Virus record (IMG/VR): IMGVR_UViG_3300021964_007473
Coordinates: 1-58,919 of that record
Reading direction: 5' to 3' (one strand)
DNA length: 58,919 nucleotides
DNA from: a virus
Taxonomy: Duplodnaviria; Caudoviricetes
The position numbers and the translations under genes were made by a program. The stretch's first letter is position 1. Every line of letters begins with the position of its first letter. The notes beneath the pieces are model-generated. The model was not told the DNA's origin. It did no database searches and saw only the letters and a program-made list of their open reading frames with translations. Below are positions 52,301 through 57,691 of the stretch, in pieces.

Positions 52301-53974
52301 ATGACGCGCTCCTTCGGTGCGCCTGTGCGTACCCTACGTAACAAGTCCACGGTAATCCGCGATTGGTGGGGCGACGACAACGGCAAGGACATTGCCACCA
52401 TTGACGAGGCCGTAATGTACTACTTGGTGGATTGGTGGGGCAACACACGCGGTGAAGACGTGCGCCGCTTCCCTGTGCGTGGATTCGGCATCAGACCCGC
52501 GTGGGATGCGGGTGACGCCTACGACCCCGGACGCAACACGGATGCTACACCGTACGAGCGACTGTACAACGACGGCTCACCATTGGTCAACCTCAAGGGC
52601 ATTGTTGCTTCAGCCTCAAGTAACATCTCACTCGCTACCGGTGTCACCATCCCGCGCTTTGGTGGTCGTCAGAACACGACAAACAACAACAACGCAAACA
52701 CGCTGATTGACGTGTTCATGCCTGCCAACGCGATGCGTGTGGGTGACATGGGCAACGGGCGTGGCATTCGCTACCCGACGCAGTTCAACGAGGACAGGTT
52801 GACCGCGTTAGATGAGGCTGATTACACGACCGGTGTTGTCTTGTCGCACCACACCGCTGAACCGGTGTTTGGTGATGGATTCATCCGACCGCGCAACGAC
52901 GAGTTGGCAAGCGACGAGGTACCGCGTGGCATCAGCGCACGCCTCAGCATTGACGAGGACGGGCTACTCAAGCCCGAAGCGGTGGTCAGCCCGCGTGTGG
53001 AAACCATCAGCGGCTCGACCAAGCACACCGACGCGGTGTCCCGTTCAGCCCCGCGTATCGGGCTTGATACCGAGAACGTGGAGGGTGTGGACGACAACCT
53101 CATCGCGCTCAACACCGAAGCGCACAGTCTGCACGCAGACCGTGGAGTGGGGCAGCGCGTCGTGCTTGTCGGCGGCATGACCGCAGGCTCGCAGTCCATC
53201 GGCAACCTCGATTATACGGGACTGAACTTTGGTGCGCAGCCGGTTGGTGGTGTCGCTCGTTTCAGCCACACAAGCAACTTCAACCCGCTTGGCGGTACGT
53301 ACGTGGCAGAAACGCGCAACTACCTTGCTGCGGTCAGCGACTACGGGTGGGGACCTGTGGGTGCAGACAAGGCAAGCAACCCGTACGCTACGTCCACGTT
53401 TGACAGTACTTCAGCACAGATGAACCACACCGACAAGACCATCTCGTTCATGTTCAGGCCTGTGCGTCTGCTTGACGAGCAGCACGTTGAGATGTTCCGC
53501 CCCAACAACAACCTGCATAGCAGCAGCCCACAGTACGGCTCCAACTACTTCTCGACCACGGGTGGCGGTAAGTACGGCGTGTACGCCTACGAGATGCCCT
53601 CAGCGCGTGCGTCTGCGGGCGAGTACATCAGGGCCACCAACCCTGACACCAACCCACCCTACGCGCCTGTGTACCACATGGTGATTGCAACAAGCGACAC
53701 CGTGCCTGATAGCAAGGGGCCAAACCTCGGCGGCTCAAACGGCATGGACACAAGCAAGTTGGACAACGACGTGACTCGACTTGTCATCAGCGAAAACTCC
53801 TTGCAGCACCACCGTAGTGACGCTGCACGTAGGCGCACAAGCGCGGAAAGCGACGACACCGAGCGTCGGGCAGACTACACCGTAAAGGCTCGATTCAGCC
53901 AATCCCTGCACCCGAAGGGGCATAAAGGAGATGTTGACTACGGTGAATCAGACCATTCGGGTGATGCGTCATGA
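37385..53974 (+). CDS. Giant 5529-aa virion (tail tip/baseplate/adhesin) protein with N-terminal LamG/concanavalin-like domain
   Basis: ALFFDGVSDSV...FVIEAWV...YHVVAGF...LYVNGDLIAS...FRGAVE. Uninterrupted 16.6-kb ORF with a GAGGTGA SD in the tail module. Confidence 0.85.
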   Translation: MVAVGRTSHALFFDGVSDSVILPQGNYIGTGQPTPDGKVVTNLLQKERRSGGESPLIPKANGDFVIEAWVVPDCGGVIAHREGQFTLSLGTVDTPGPATFDLLLEGSAGLFQAYLTSAIDATDRWDGIVYPHHAGSVHDSYNRFDTGTYGEATNLNAAHRPLYHVVAGFSYGQAFLYVNGDLIASQKLDADMRIARSTEHVYVGGKGGEFRGAVEALHFLGHYDRSTVESHMPTQSDVSTGLYRFEEPIDVVEGTYSFNAVSADATSITVSASDAQALIARFTGKPYDSASPTVDFTAKPYSMGSYKVVDYYTGSGTPSTLSIAHVPYNLLINPGAITRATQKPNQKPPERVRVKSINGSTGVIELTSIHVDFVNGTGGLRGLLHDRTADVDNYFVVVGADLLIDNGTGKPYQPPHYGTQVFDRTGQMVIDETDNEQHGMVYSSRMATTTDDPNNPFAVVWPSDVDPLFQIGHSGRHTFSHVVGHEFMRRYPVPSDLVVDQTVTGAADIVTMRYDNVSRSLRNSFAMNALTDVFSEDATATVTEIVSSTTASSVVHNGLPSAAREVIGIGGADFDFRPFLLKGPAPLSGSDVNDTTRLYHLVSETTSRVAILNVPALQTSHDMAPFVEIHYNAIDLTGASMGISGPMLMVEKTVPAASLDLGGGTYVYDLIAAALDATMYAPGGMLILDPDVKSSNEYMFESHSLIGDNTGGADYDPELDFTRTPAEYTPVSSVDAEPCTPPAPVRASHVSSDHESVYNRLTFTKAGIVTEDDLTEIGTYKRVTPTEEKTGAGVFDVGIPDGISPVHETFDVIDNYFAPTGKLYLFVQPTDRRRSNQLLSALEDDSSITMMLMMARARLRSISEENDPETNSTTITVSGAGVVESVLNRNVSAVGEGSPDSYIVKEIEPNAPVVTVTLGGPGQGAVNTKPTFDPSPLMRLPGSTRRSCAVRTTHVYAKDDTTTTENILSVAPLNNGSPDIASWGTIAFPKVGRVYLDNGASAEYASKGGSGFVFTNVSASGTGRFLGADGEEYSNFFLWCNAVGLMKTTSSPADVQTSLTLYNDPNFADDAMAQDGSTVNDRLFQSMDTVTHDYQLGTQFASTRAMVEIPVFPQQFFDHPEQGIFPGPDNSMKLHLDATYTAHSWNPTPVGRRANDIGQSDKQASSAYGFNREGFVAAAHIERIVKNTTTSPGFYEIYVDNPQIFPNADEASLPRSVGNMKSVGYYRRCFLANGMSALYVNDPTTDGFIEVPVPSAKNHGTFIEGFFTNAIPGAALFVAQGFRSETLVPTDSDASTPSSDFEGRSPYYYDAANVQTQGGNLDYGMRQYVSAVEFKAGPLANPHAPRTVSKRAASTILSVPSVSGSTYTITLEDGSLFPDVPFTRDASNNIQFETGDPLYIAEVIQADGSTQDVYYLGRFNDTFTQNTIAIVATSTPTLVGATLRLKHIAHALHTLSNPASATSEEKKVVTFLPSATADQWTFSSSYGGGTTTTLNITCTTADLMAHANVVGLNIRPDDHVYVDTGSAINYLGQVSKVESAEVSGGSDRIILAANNLAAITSGDKIRVAAESVMTVDDEAILNRAWVHPYATGGLRHGDTVWANMSINNPHATEGLFAKSRGVFNDGLVWKGFNGGSGTLANRPRDSIPLENFLIGDSCLETAINYAQHVNKTVQMNYESMGLDAEQAPVVAYVDPYLATDGHARVLLYDVGHDREFIAFHDLHMQVQSSAATPTIGYTRQLAYKDGTINLDKFLMGRNGAAPHYLTTQIDVANGYPSENPFLRATQQSKFIEGAYAHNVIGGVNQNPYNASTEQSWTVLNDPDVDTYNVLFASKGHGHFVHTGLYHEKGSSDLTVGDSTLPRTQPAVASPYWSNAIHQLSRINADSHPLITALRAHRAEQNPNTHTLKDPSTLFDTPDGTRTISAFLSLKGKRSIALDLSGHDEERLQHLPHWTQMDFVRRMTVDFGEIGVKEGVTDIEAAAREIVRLINQGGAANGRTHARRPSQQYPGESERLDLTRIGVRQDIANPNRDPTSAHIFADFAATGSTYDPAPWWYPDEAFDSHDRGSHMGYLRAHIGRVVEDLDGNEGFSIVIHSTIPGASGRNFCAWLDNSKGQSSYKPQYLIGHGGRFRNFWSQPDEVSGENMHPAPLPLNKHGRPFAPITSLREYVAQEEPDDVFASNLDVAARNDVEKNALARKVSATMGGTVNNSVADESFEAQSPATSLVEGLRRGSTAVGRINFGGLVEAGVPGFAPDTGAFGFGRRGSTRFFSRYGANGLSEYTSHVNTEEVTEDAIGDTPLYGMRFTDHRGRGYGVRYVYRCVNDSFANELTTLPSTLDDEIVIHFNDRDVAQGGFTIGHHMAGEGDATGRLVPKSGMTEATWVGNRWRGVFAADAGLNCEATYSSDTVTIVLDTPYGTGSTEFNNHPDILGYLGFPKTNGIMQLTDPYSGGATTLDGVVGNTFSYESRTSNDTTGTHTFYGVRGADFTATHTSASFTITDVPLGVSFKAGNTHQLILSPRLNWTTLLTDEVIAYATVAAINLQDPNTEDGYVVDVRHLYAADGRTLGDWGVGEDAVLIRAHNPQRGIKPLSQMFSASLHRDYGIQAAHVEFGEYQNISKTSATWDVTAGLIPPLSDDDIASSKQMTCGYIPRTIVQIRTRGRGYHANTPTPILVDSYNDPVNLKRWNENLKGVRFLSRPGDHILPCLSNPLLKVQSVSSNVFTMAATNKLGHAMIVGCTRTISGTYTTSNRLLAFGQKIPLFHAKDNYALVYANQGANALTEFTYNTQESSLHWDDEFGGKTLNQNYYFISSVGEFDGFRLHGSVDSEPIVYFRGGRDSSDHDVPLYFGGGFSGVVLDVNDGTQNDYADFYTHPYSTGPTGTAGIQNANEISTSFALVDCNALLAFFPGTALLNQHRASIHPPAYNKDSILTTDVDVGFATKHNDLPAHVTARYTAGMVYQRPIPLVLRMGHPTARYDDARNSVTNHTTYVIYGPGQAFPFTETTAADADVEPHPGFVVTVGNTWSKVPHSKQLPNPITNDRNDYGPPTSTYQSNRQRHHWYTTWNWSPAEGIPHVGAVSSGVSLWQRPEHGYHFGEHFNLQATVSSLNISDYAAAHPYKHAPIVGYGIASQADLTFHMDGGYHPGGSWLDNQLSFNAPLEPSDYRVARDSWNEVNPTAFRVSGVLAKQVLAGASAEEGDDFDREIIVVDATRCQNGEELAALLGQAINENPGKGALKAMGGTHLPSMGSAMRQDRYGWVELDFSNYTPDISKSYSYVEATLSGGTQTILEQLPASGWIRTDNAGRTLHTVDLPAFAPYHSREVYDNSGTWTVRFWLAPNRLFGYPAFEDAQSFDDFTLPTPANLSGITKVYVWSKAGVHRFNNEDDATRNHMTQVHFAGIVDAIDRTRPVGAVGWAGERYSYLNSLKVGTEGYGAGRGAWHPKLGFSPYGSASTVMTAYGHVPHTYALYNTPESLVYANYDGVGTPYGSWTVETAYASISYTTNNADTATAYKAADSAINLTNSLTDFSIPRELYHPQGVFSKGFLVVSYESELALVAKYDRDGITATGDWLAVVSKTRAGTAASTAITFAGTAQWDERIHGPERFYAPATGGPNVEALIVSGTATPASAATDDPEITQYTLHTAATNDNDLDNATPAFAQIGDLFFDLDKSVGSYLLNDASEVERNLMVDMRTAGGGTDFNAKHDDLRYWLAQTNGYESLARTPMRNFSVEHVVWKRMDGGNLSLPALNARGLGGVPFVTRVSGGTAYTTGEKLYGNVRFSFETTNSAMFPIIQAQELAHPQIAARHPDELRNVLMVPNEEIQFDSIEVEDDTGQIHTIEGGSPFGTIVRAFRKLSNRTSEGLAPAIAGSGVEPNLKVRLPDPNSIPGNIIVRSGFDRLQAYQTETMGSGGMMRPDLADALKHQFTDEVVGPRQGPTYSDYEWDHISQSASGEAFPDMTRKGWSAATGNAPLESSYELHDRTLFFHVTKCGNTHTHRYPTHYTHANGVQNNDLSATGFSSGTLSVDATIDAALYPTTFGNQEAADNRRFLRLYDAATDRGGVASFTGISGDTFTGCVGDAEFDTLVANGVSGLKVVPSYYMPAGSTRFYAARRLRDHAEVSGNSPDMMHTLYYTNVDADTTAHSIFSKPVLTPMALPRMGHHYVTPTMAMLPGHWAHPAYQGLYDKHRAIRASSHKYVEQSLMESLGFDEVKSDITTTTTNQFFGLDPQLRIGSLTATPGGPSDIHGGAFTLMFETKVRSDGYGVLASEGYAGNINKAGGHTIVLEGAATYSLEHHFPDPAEVGAYQIVIQPNLNKSQFIGYHENAANELTSQQVALVVAKRDYTSDVGGCTLVLAQATDADVRGCEIFINEVMIDHDPDHGSQFTNIPPLLLYNSFGVQETEAPAFTRMSLPYHPGMFADATPGFTTNIPWWSIVHNQDPTHSESAGFRHLTWHRFDNYYEFARANAGNVASQITLAGYPSSAPDVYSDLYNLISLNPVATVESVSAGVVVVDDARGFPEYPYYGQKLEYTDANGVRRTTEYTDAIAGSAQRTINHPVNADFTNNLTAGTKLRLTRAYDFRPSGAIFTDSKTSIITRMLPQTLQGSRDTNSLHLADAFLCMWHPNLGRPYTFYSDSARTFLNPLTDRAVDNKPYNSMPEHFETIHYHDAPYFGSVGPFGLAIKTPAPPTNIPAGNFGESKRTVASHVVATKTITTTPFTGLLFQLSAGDVISIESRQYTVVSDNGSDIVVDQVLPVEITVGAFVYEGADGSMKTGEEMDLLPYLTHQGGQSDSADDATKVMLNNLWPSGSRGGPLISCLDGYGAVSSSWSYSGLYGYDRYAWKDADMVSWSSYAVSSGITTELYSTTPPLNSKPLPFGYRFGLRQPYNKPQWSFYGMRAYRAGSPYYTADYQHGPLVQRETGAWGHDTLADEVYPETYVGVMERQTNFSGMLGVDMAERQVRYSDGMRMTRSFGAPVRTLRNKSTVIRDWWGDDNGKDIATIDEAVMYYLVDWWGNTRGEDVRRFPVRGFGIRPAWDAGDAYDPGRNTDATPYERLYNDGSPLVNLKGIVASASSNISLATGVTIPRFGGRQNTTNNNNANTLIDVFMPANAMRVGDMGNGRGIRYPTQFNEDRLTALDEADYTTGVVLSHHTAEPVFGDGFIRPRNDELASDEVPRGISARLSIDEDGLLKPEAVVSPRVETISGSTKHTDAVSRSAPRIGLDTENVEGVDDNLIALNTEAHSLHADRGVGQRVVLVGGMTAGSQSIGNLDYTGLNFGAQPVGGVARFSHTSNFNPLGGTYVAETRNYLAAVSDYGWGPVGADKASNPYATSTFDSTSAQMNHTDKTISFMFRPVRLLDEQHVEMFRPNNNLHSSSPQYGSNYFSTTGGGKYGVYAYEMPSARASAGEYIRATNPDTNPPYAPVYHMVIATSDTVPDSKGPNLGGSNGMDTSKLDNDVTRLVISENSLQHHRSDAARRRTSAESDDTERRADYTVKARFSQSLHPKGHKGDVDYGESDHSGDAS

Positions 53975-54135
53975 CACCTATGGACGAATCTTGGGCAGTT
54001 CTGAAGGAACTGTGCGAAGCGGGCAAGAAGGCCGCTAAGCGGAAGTTCAAGGTGTACCCTTCCGCGTACGCGAACGGTTGGGCCGTGCAGTACTGTCAAG
54101 GCAAGTTCCGCAAGAAGAAGGGGGACAAGAAGTGA
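53971..54135 (+). CDS. 54-aa basic tagged protein absent from the ORF track (MTPMDESWAVLKELCEAGKKAAKRKFKVYPSAYANGWAVQYCQGKFRKKKGDKK)
   Basis: ATG overlaps the stop of the giant gene (ATGA). Carries the tag at its N-terminus. Confidence 0.8.
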   Translation: MTPMDESWAVLKELCEAGKKAAKRKFKVYPSAYANGWAVQYCQGKFRKKKGDKK

Positions 54136-54293
54136 AACTGAAGAAGGACAAATGCTGCTGCGGGGCGACAAAGAAAACGCCCTGCGTTTGCATGTATGAG
54201 GGCAACCAATGCTCCGATAGTCCCCCTCGTTGTCCTTGTTACGCTTTACTTCATCGGCAAAAGAACCTCAAGAAAATGGTCGGGGTGTATTGA
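54132..54293 (+). CDS. 53-aa Cys-rich basic protein
   Basis: GTG overlaps the previous stop. CCCG...CVC...C...CPC. Confidence 0.65.
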   Translation: MKLKKDKCCCGATKKTPCVCMYEGNQCSDSPPRCPCYALLHRQKNLKKMVGVY

Positions 54294-54619
54294 TGGGTGA
54301 CCGCTGCACTTGCCACGATGTGCTTGTCATCAAGGACTTGCGCCGTTGGTTCAAGGAGAAGTGGGTGGACGTTAGCCGCAAGGACAAGGACGGGAAACAC
54401 CCGCCCTGTGGTCGCTCCAAGGCAAGCAAGAGCAGCAAGGGCTACCCCAAGTGTCGCCCATCGGTCAAGGTCAGTTCCAAGACACCCCGTACATCAGGCT
54501 CGATGAGCGAGGGTGAAAAGCAGGCAGCCACCAAGCGGAAGCGAGCGAAGAAGCAAGGTGTTGGTGGGAAGCCTACCATTGTCAAAGGTGACTTGAAAAA
54601 CTACGTAGGAGTGCGTTAA
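54293..54619 (+). CDS. Small basic viral protein (LRRWFKEKWVDV...PCGR...YPKCRP)
   Basis: ATG overlaps the previous stop. The motif is of a type common in marine phage hypothetical proteins. Confidence 0.75.
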   Translation: MGDRCTCHDVLVIKDLRRWFKEKWVDVSRKDKDGKHPPCGRSKASKSSKGYPKCRPSVKVSSKTPRTSGSMSEGEKQAATKRKRAKKQGVGGKPTIVKGDLKNYVGVR

Positions 54620-54621
54620 AC

Positions 54622-55128
54622 ATGGCAAAGGACAAACCTGAGGGCAAGAAAGGCATGGTCGTGGTCATTGCCCTTGGTAAGCCCAAGAAGGAAGAGAAGG
54701 TCGAAAAGAGCGACGTACTCGTAAAGCGTCGAATGATTGGCGTGCAACAAGGCATGGCGACTTGTACCAACCCGAACTGCTTGGCTCAGACTCCCGCGAC
54801 CGCAGGTGCGTGTCAGACGTGCGGCTCGCCGCTTAGCATGCAGAAGGCCGAGCGTGACCCACGGCTCGCTCGCGCAGGCGTGAGTGGCTTCAACAAGCCC
54901 AAGCGCACGCCCAACCACCCGAAGAAGAGCCATGTCGTCGTGGCCCGTGAAGGTGGGAAGGTCAAGACCATTCGCTTCGGTCAGCAGGGTGTCTCCGGCT
55001 CTCCGAAGAAGCAAGGCGAGTCCAAATCCTATCGCAAGCGTCGTGAGTCGTTCAAGGCCCGCCACGCCAAGAACATCAACCGTGGCAAACTGAGTGCGGC
55101 GTATTGGGCTGACAAAGTGAAGTGGTGA
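54622..55128 (+). CDS. Basic protein with Zn ribbon and KTIRFGQQG...SFKARH...SAAYWA domain
   Basis: CTNPNC...CQTC, then MQKA, then a Lys/Arg-rich domain common in marine phages. Confidence 0.75.
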   Translation: MAKDKPEGKKGMVVVIALGKPKKEEKVEKSDVLVKRRMIGVQQGMATCTNPNCLAQTPATAGACQTCGSPLSMQKAERDPRLARAGVSGFNKPKRTPNHPKKSHVVVAREGGKVKTIRFGQQGVSGSPKKQGESKSYRKRRESFKARHAKNINRGKLSAAYWADKVKW

Positions 55129-55133
55129 GTAGC

Positions 55134-55949
55134 ATGCCGTTTGTCAGTCAGGCTCAACGGCGTTATATGCACGCCAAAGAACCTGAGTTGGCTGAAGAGT
55201 ACGAGAGCAAGACACCCAAAGGCAAGAAGTTGCCTGAGCGGGTGCAGAAGGCCCCGTCACCCATGGACCTCGCTTGGGCATACTTGCTTAAGCAGGTGCC
55301 ACCTTTGGCTGATTGGAGCGGTGAAGACCTTGCCGCACTTCGATGGATTCCACAACGACGTACATCAACGTACCATCAGGCTCGGCCAATCATCGGTGAA
55401 AAGATAGGGCAACCTCTCCAATTTGAATACCAAATGAGACAATACGGTAGGGAAGCACTTCCCGGCGTGTTTGCTCCGAAAATTGACACAGTAAGCGGTA
55501 CATGGGTATCACCTGCTGATGCCATGGCACTCGCTAATCCTGACATTACATCACGGTATTCTGAACCTCACACCTTGCTTGGGATTACTGAAAGCCCGCA
55601 GTATTGGCGAGCCAACCTTTTGCACGGCTATCCTGAAGGTTTTCAGTACGGTGGATATGACCCTGAACAGTTCGTGAATATCCCACTTCCGAACATGTTT
55701 GGTGAGCGTGTGCGTACCCCTGCTCAGATGCAGGATTTTGCATTGGATGCTTTGCAATCACACGATGCCGAAGGAGAGCAGAAGGCCGATTGGTTTGCTG
55801 ATTTGGGGATGCAACCTGAAATCCGTGATGCACGGTGGGTACAGGAAAGAGGTAAGCCTGCAACCCTTGATGAGTTGGTTGAGCAAGGACTTGTGGGAGT
55901 TCTGCCGCCACTCCCACCGACTGACGTAAGGCGACCACCGGGGTTTTGA
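55134..55949 (+). CDS. Tagged protein (SPMDLAWAYLLKQ) with possible ART-like cargo domain
   Basis: N-terminal MPFVSQAQRRYMHA module, then the tag at ~55257-55295, then an AT-richer domain with LRW...GTWVS...LLGI...EGFQYGGYDPEQF. Confidence 0.65.
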   Translation: MPFVSQAQRRYMHAKEPELAEEYESKTPKGKKLPERVQKAPSPMDLAWAYLLKQVPPLADWSGEDLAALRWIPQRRTSTYHQARPIIGEKIGQPLQFEYQMRQYGREALPGVFAPKIDTVSGTWVSPADAMALANPDITSRYSEPHTLLGITESPQYWRANLLHGYPEGFQYGGYDPEQFVNIPLPNMFGERVRTPAQMQDFALDALQSHDAEGEQKADWFADLGMQPEIRDARWVQERGKPATLDELVEQGLVGVLPPLPPTDVRRPPGF

Positions 55950-55955
55950 TGTTGT

Positions 55956-57347
55956 ATGACGGTGATTCAGGGCACACGCTATGATGGCGAGCCTGATGCC
56001 ATCATGACTCACGTACGCAAGCCTGTGTTCGTGGACAACGCCATCCACTACGGGCGACTCAGCGTGCAGAAGAGCGGTAAGCCCAAGGTCACCGTCGAGC
56101 AGAACATGACGCGCACGTTGCAGGTCATGCCCGAGCGCGAGTACACAGTCGTGGAGGGTGAGTCAACCGTCCAACTGACGCACAAGAGCGCAGCCGGTCA
56201 CACGTTCGCAGGCTCGCCGTTCTTTGGTTCTGATGTACTCTCCGACACCAACAAGCCCATGCTGATGTTTAATGGGTCTGATTTTTCGCAGCGACTCATC
56301 GGAGATGGTATTTCAACCTCAAGCAACGGGGTGCTTTTTTCGCTCCGCAACATGAAAGGTCGCACGTTAAATGGCATTGGTTTTACCGGCGATTCGGTAC
56401 GGCTTGGGCAGCCCATCGGCGTAGGTCTGCGCACAAGCGACCTCGCCATCAGACTCGCGGAAAGCGCAACCAACGGCACGACGAGCATCGGCCTGTCCCG
56501 ACCGCGCAACCTGACCGCATCGTACCGCAACCATAGCACACGCTTCGTTGGTCAAGACTTCACCAACACGAACCTCATGACCGCGCTGCGCTTCCTTGGG
56601 CGGCACGATAGCCGCATCATTCTGCTTGACCGGTTCGGCAACCTGTTGTACGTGCCCGTGTCGTTTAGTGAGAGCAACGTCAGCATTGACGAGAACCTGC
56701 GCACCGGTACGCAAAGTGAATCACCTGTGGATAACTCGGACAACTCCGTGACGGTGCAGGGCCTACCGTTGGCCCTGAACGACTTGGTGATTGTCACCGT
56801 GAGCGATGCTGAGAGTCAGGCTGAGGAAGTGCGTGAAAGTCCCTCGCCTGTGGTTGACCACACCGTGCGCAGCACGAACGCAGCGCGGCGTGTTGCACGT
56901 CAAATCCTCAAGGGTCAAGCCTTGAGCAAGGGTGCTATCACGTCTGCGGGTCACCTTGACCTCACGTACCTGCGTCCCGGTATGGTCATCAAGTACGGCG
57001 GGGATAACAAAGTCATCACCGAAGTCATCCATCACCCGCTTGAGGCCACAAGCGACCTGACGCTGCTGAACCTTGAAACAGGGCTTGAGGGTGTGTTGCA
57101 GGGCATCGGAGAGTCCTCAACGGTCATGAGCAACAACGAGAGTCCTTCGACGTACGTGCAGCGCGTGGGGCACAACCTGTCGTTCTTCGGTGAAGTGGAC
57201 CTCATCGTGACGACAACGATTACGAGCCGTAGGGTGAACAACACGGCTATCCTCATCGGCGGCGTTAAAGGCACCCGTACACGTGGTAAAATTGGTGGCA
57301 ACGGTTTGTCCATCGGCATGACCAAGGGACCGACGGAGGAAGTGTGA
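55956..57347 (+). CDS. Tail/baseplate hub-like protein
   Basis: ILLDRFGNLLYVP, NSVTVQG, AARRVARQIL and LRPGMVI resemble tail hub proteins. Tail module. Confidence 0.6.
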   Translation: MTVIQGTRYDGEPDAIMTHVRKPVFVDNAIHYGRLSVQKSGKPKVTVEQNMTRTLQVMPEREYTVVEGESTVQLTHKSAAGHTFAGSPFFGSDVLSDTNKPMLMFNGSDFSQRLIGDGISTSSNGVLFSLRNMKGRTLNGIGFTGDSVRLGQPIGVGLRTSDLAIRLAESATNGTTSIGLSRPRNLTASYRNHSTRFVGQDFTNTNLMTALRFLGRHDSRIILLDRFGNLLYVPVSFSESNVSIDENLRTGTQSESPVDNSDNSVTVQGLPLALNDLVIVTVSDAESQAEEVRESPSPVVDHTVRSTNAARRVARQILKGQALSKGAITSAGHLDLTYLRPGMVIKYGGDNKVITEVIHHPLEATSDLTLLNLETGLEGVLQGIGESSTVMSNNESPSTYVQRVGHNLSFFGEVDLIVTTTITSRRVNNTAILIGGVKGTRTRGKIGGNGLSIGMTKGPTEEV

Positions 57348-57691
57348 TGCCTGTCTCCAACCACCTGCGCCGTCTGCTGATTGAAACGGTGGCGGCGAAC
57401 ATCAACGAGGTGACGCTCGGCTTCGACGGTACGCCCGCGACGAGTGACGACGGTTCAGCAGGTCGGCCTGCCATCACGCTCGTACCTGCGGTGACTATCG
57501 TTGACGATTCTTCAGTCCTAATCGAAGTAACCGTGCCCTTTGACGAATCGTTCAGCGAGTCGCTGCGCGAAGTGTACGTGCAGATGCGCGACACCGACGA
57601 CTTCCTTCCGGTGGCACGATTCAACATTGCACCCTTCACGAAAAATGGGTCCAATGAAATGAAGATTCAGATTGTTATTGAGGTGGAATGA
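57347..57691 (+). CDS. Small tail/baseplate protein
   Basis: LGFDGTPATSDD...LREV...ARFNIAPFTK resembles tail-fibre N-terminal/baseplate-type proteins. Confidence 0.55.
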   Translation: MPVSNHLRRLLIETVAANINEVTLGFDGTPATSDDGSAGRPAITLVPAVTIVDDSSVLIEVTVPFDESFSESLREVYVQMRDTDDFLPVARFNIAPFTKNGSNEMKIQIVIEVE

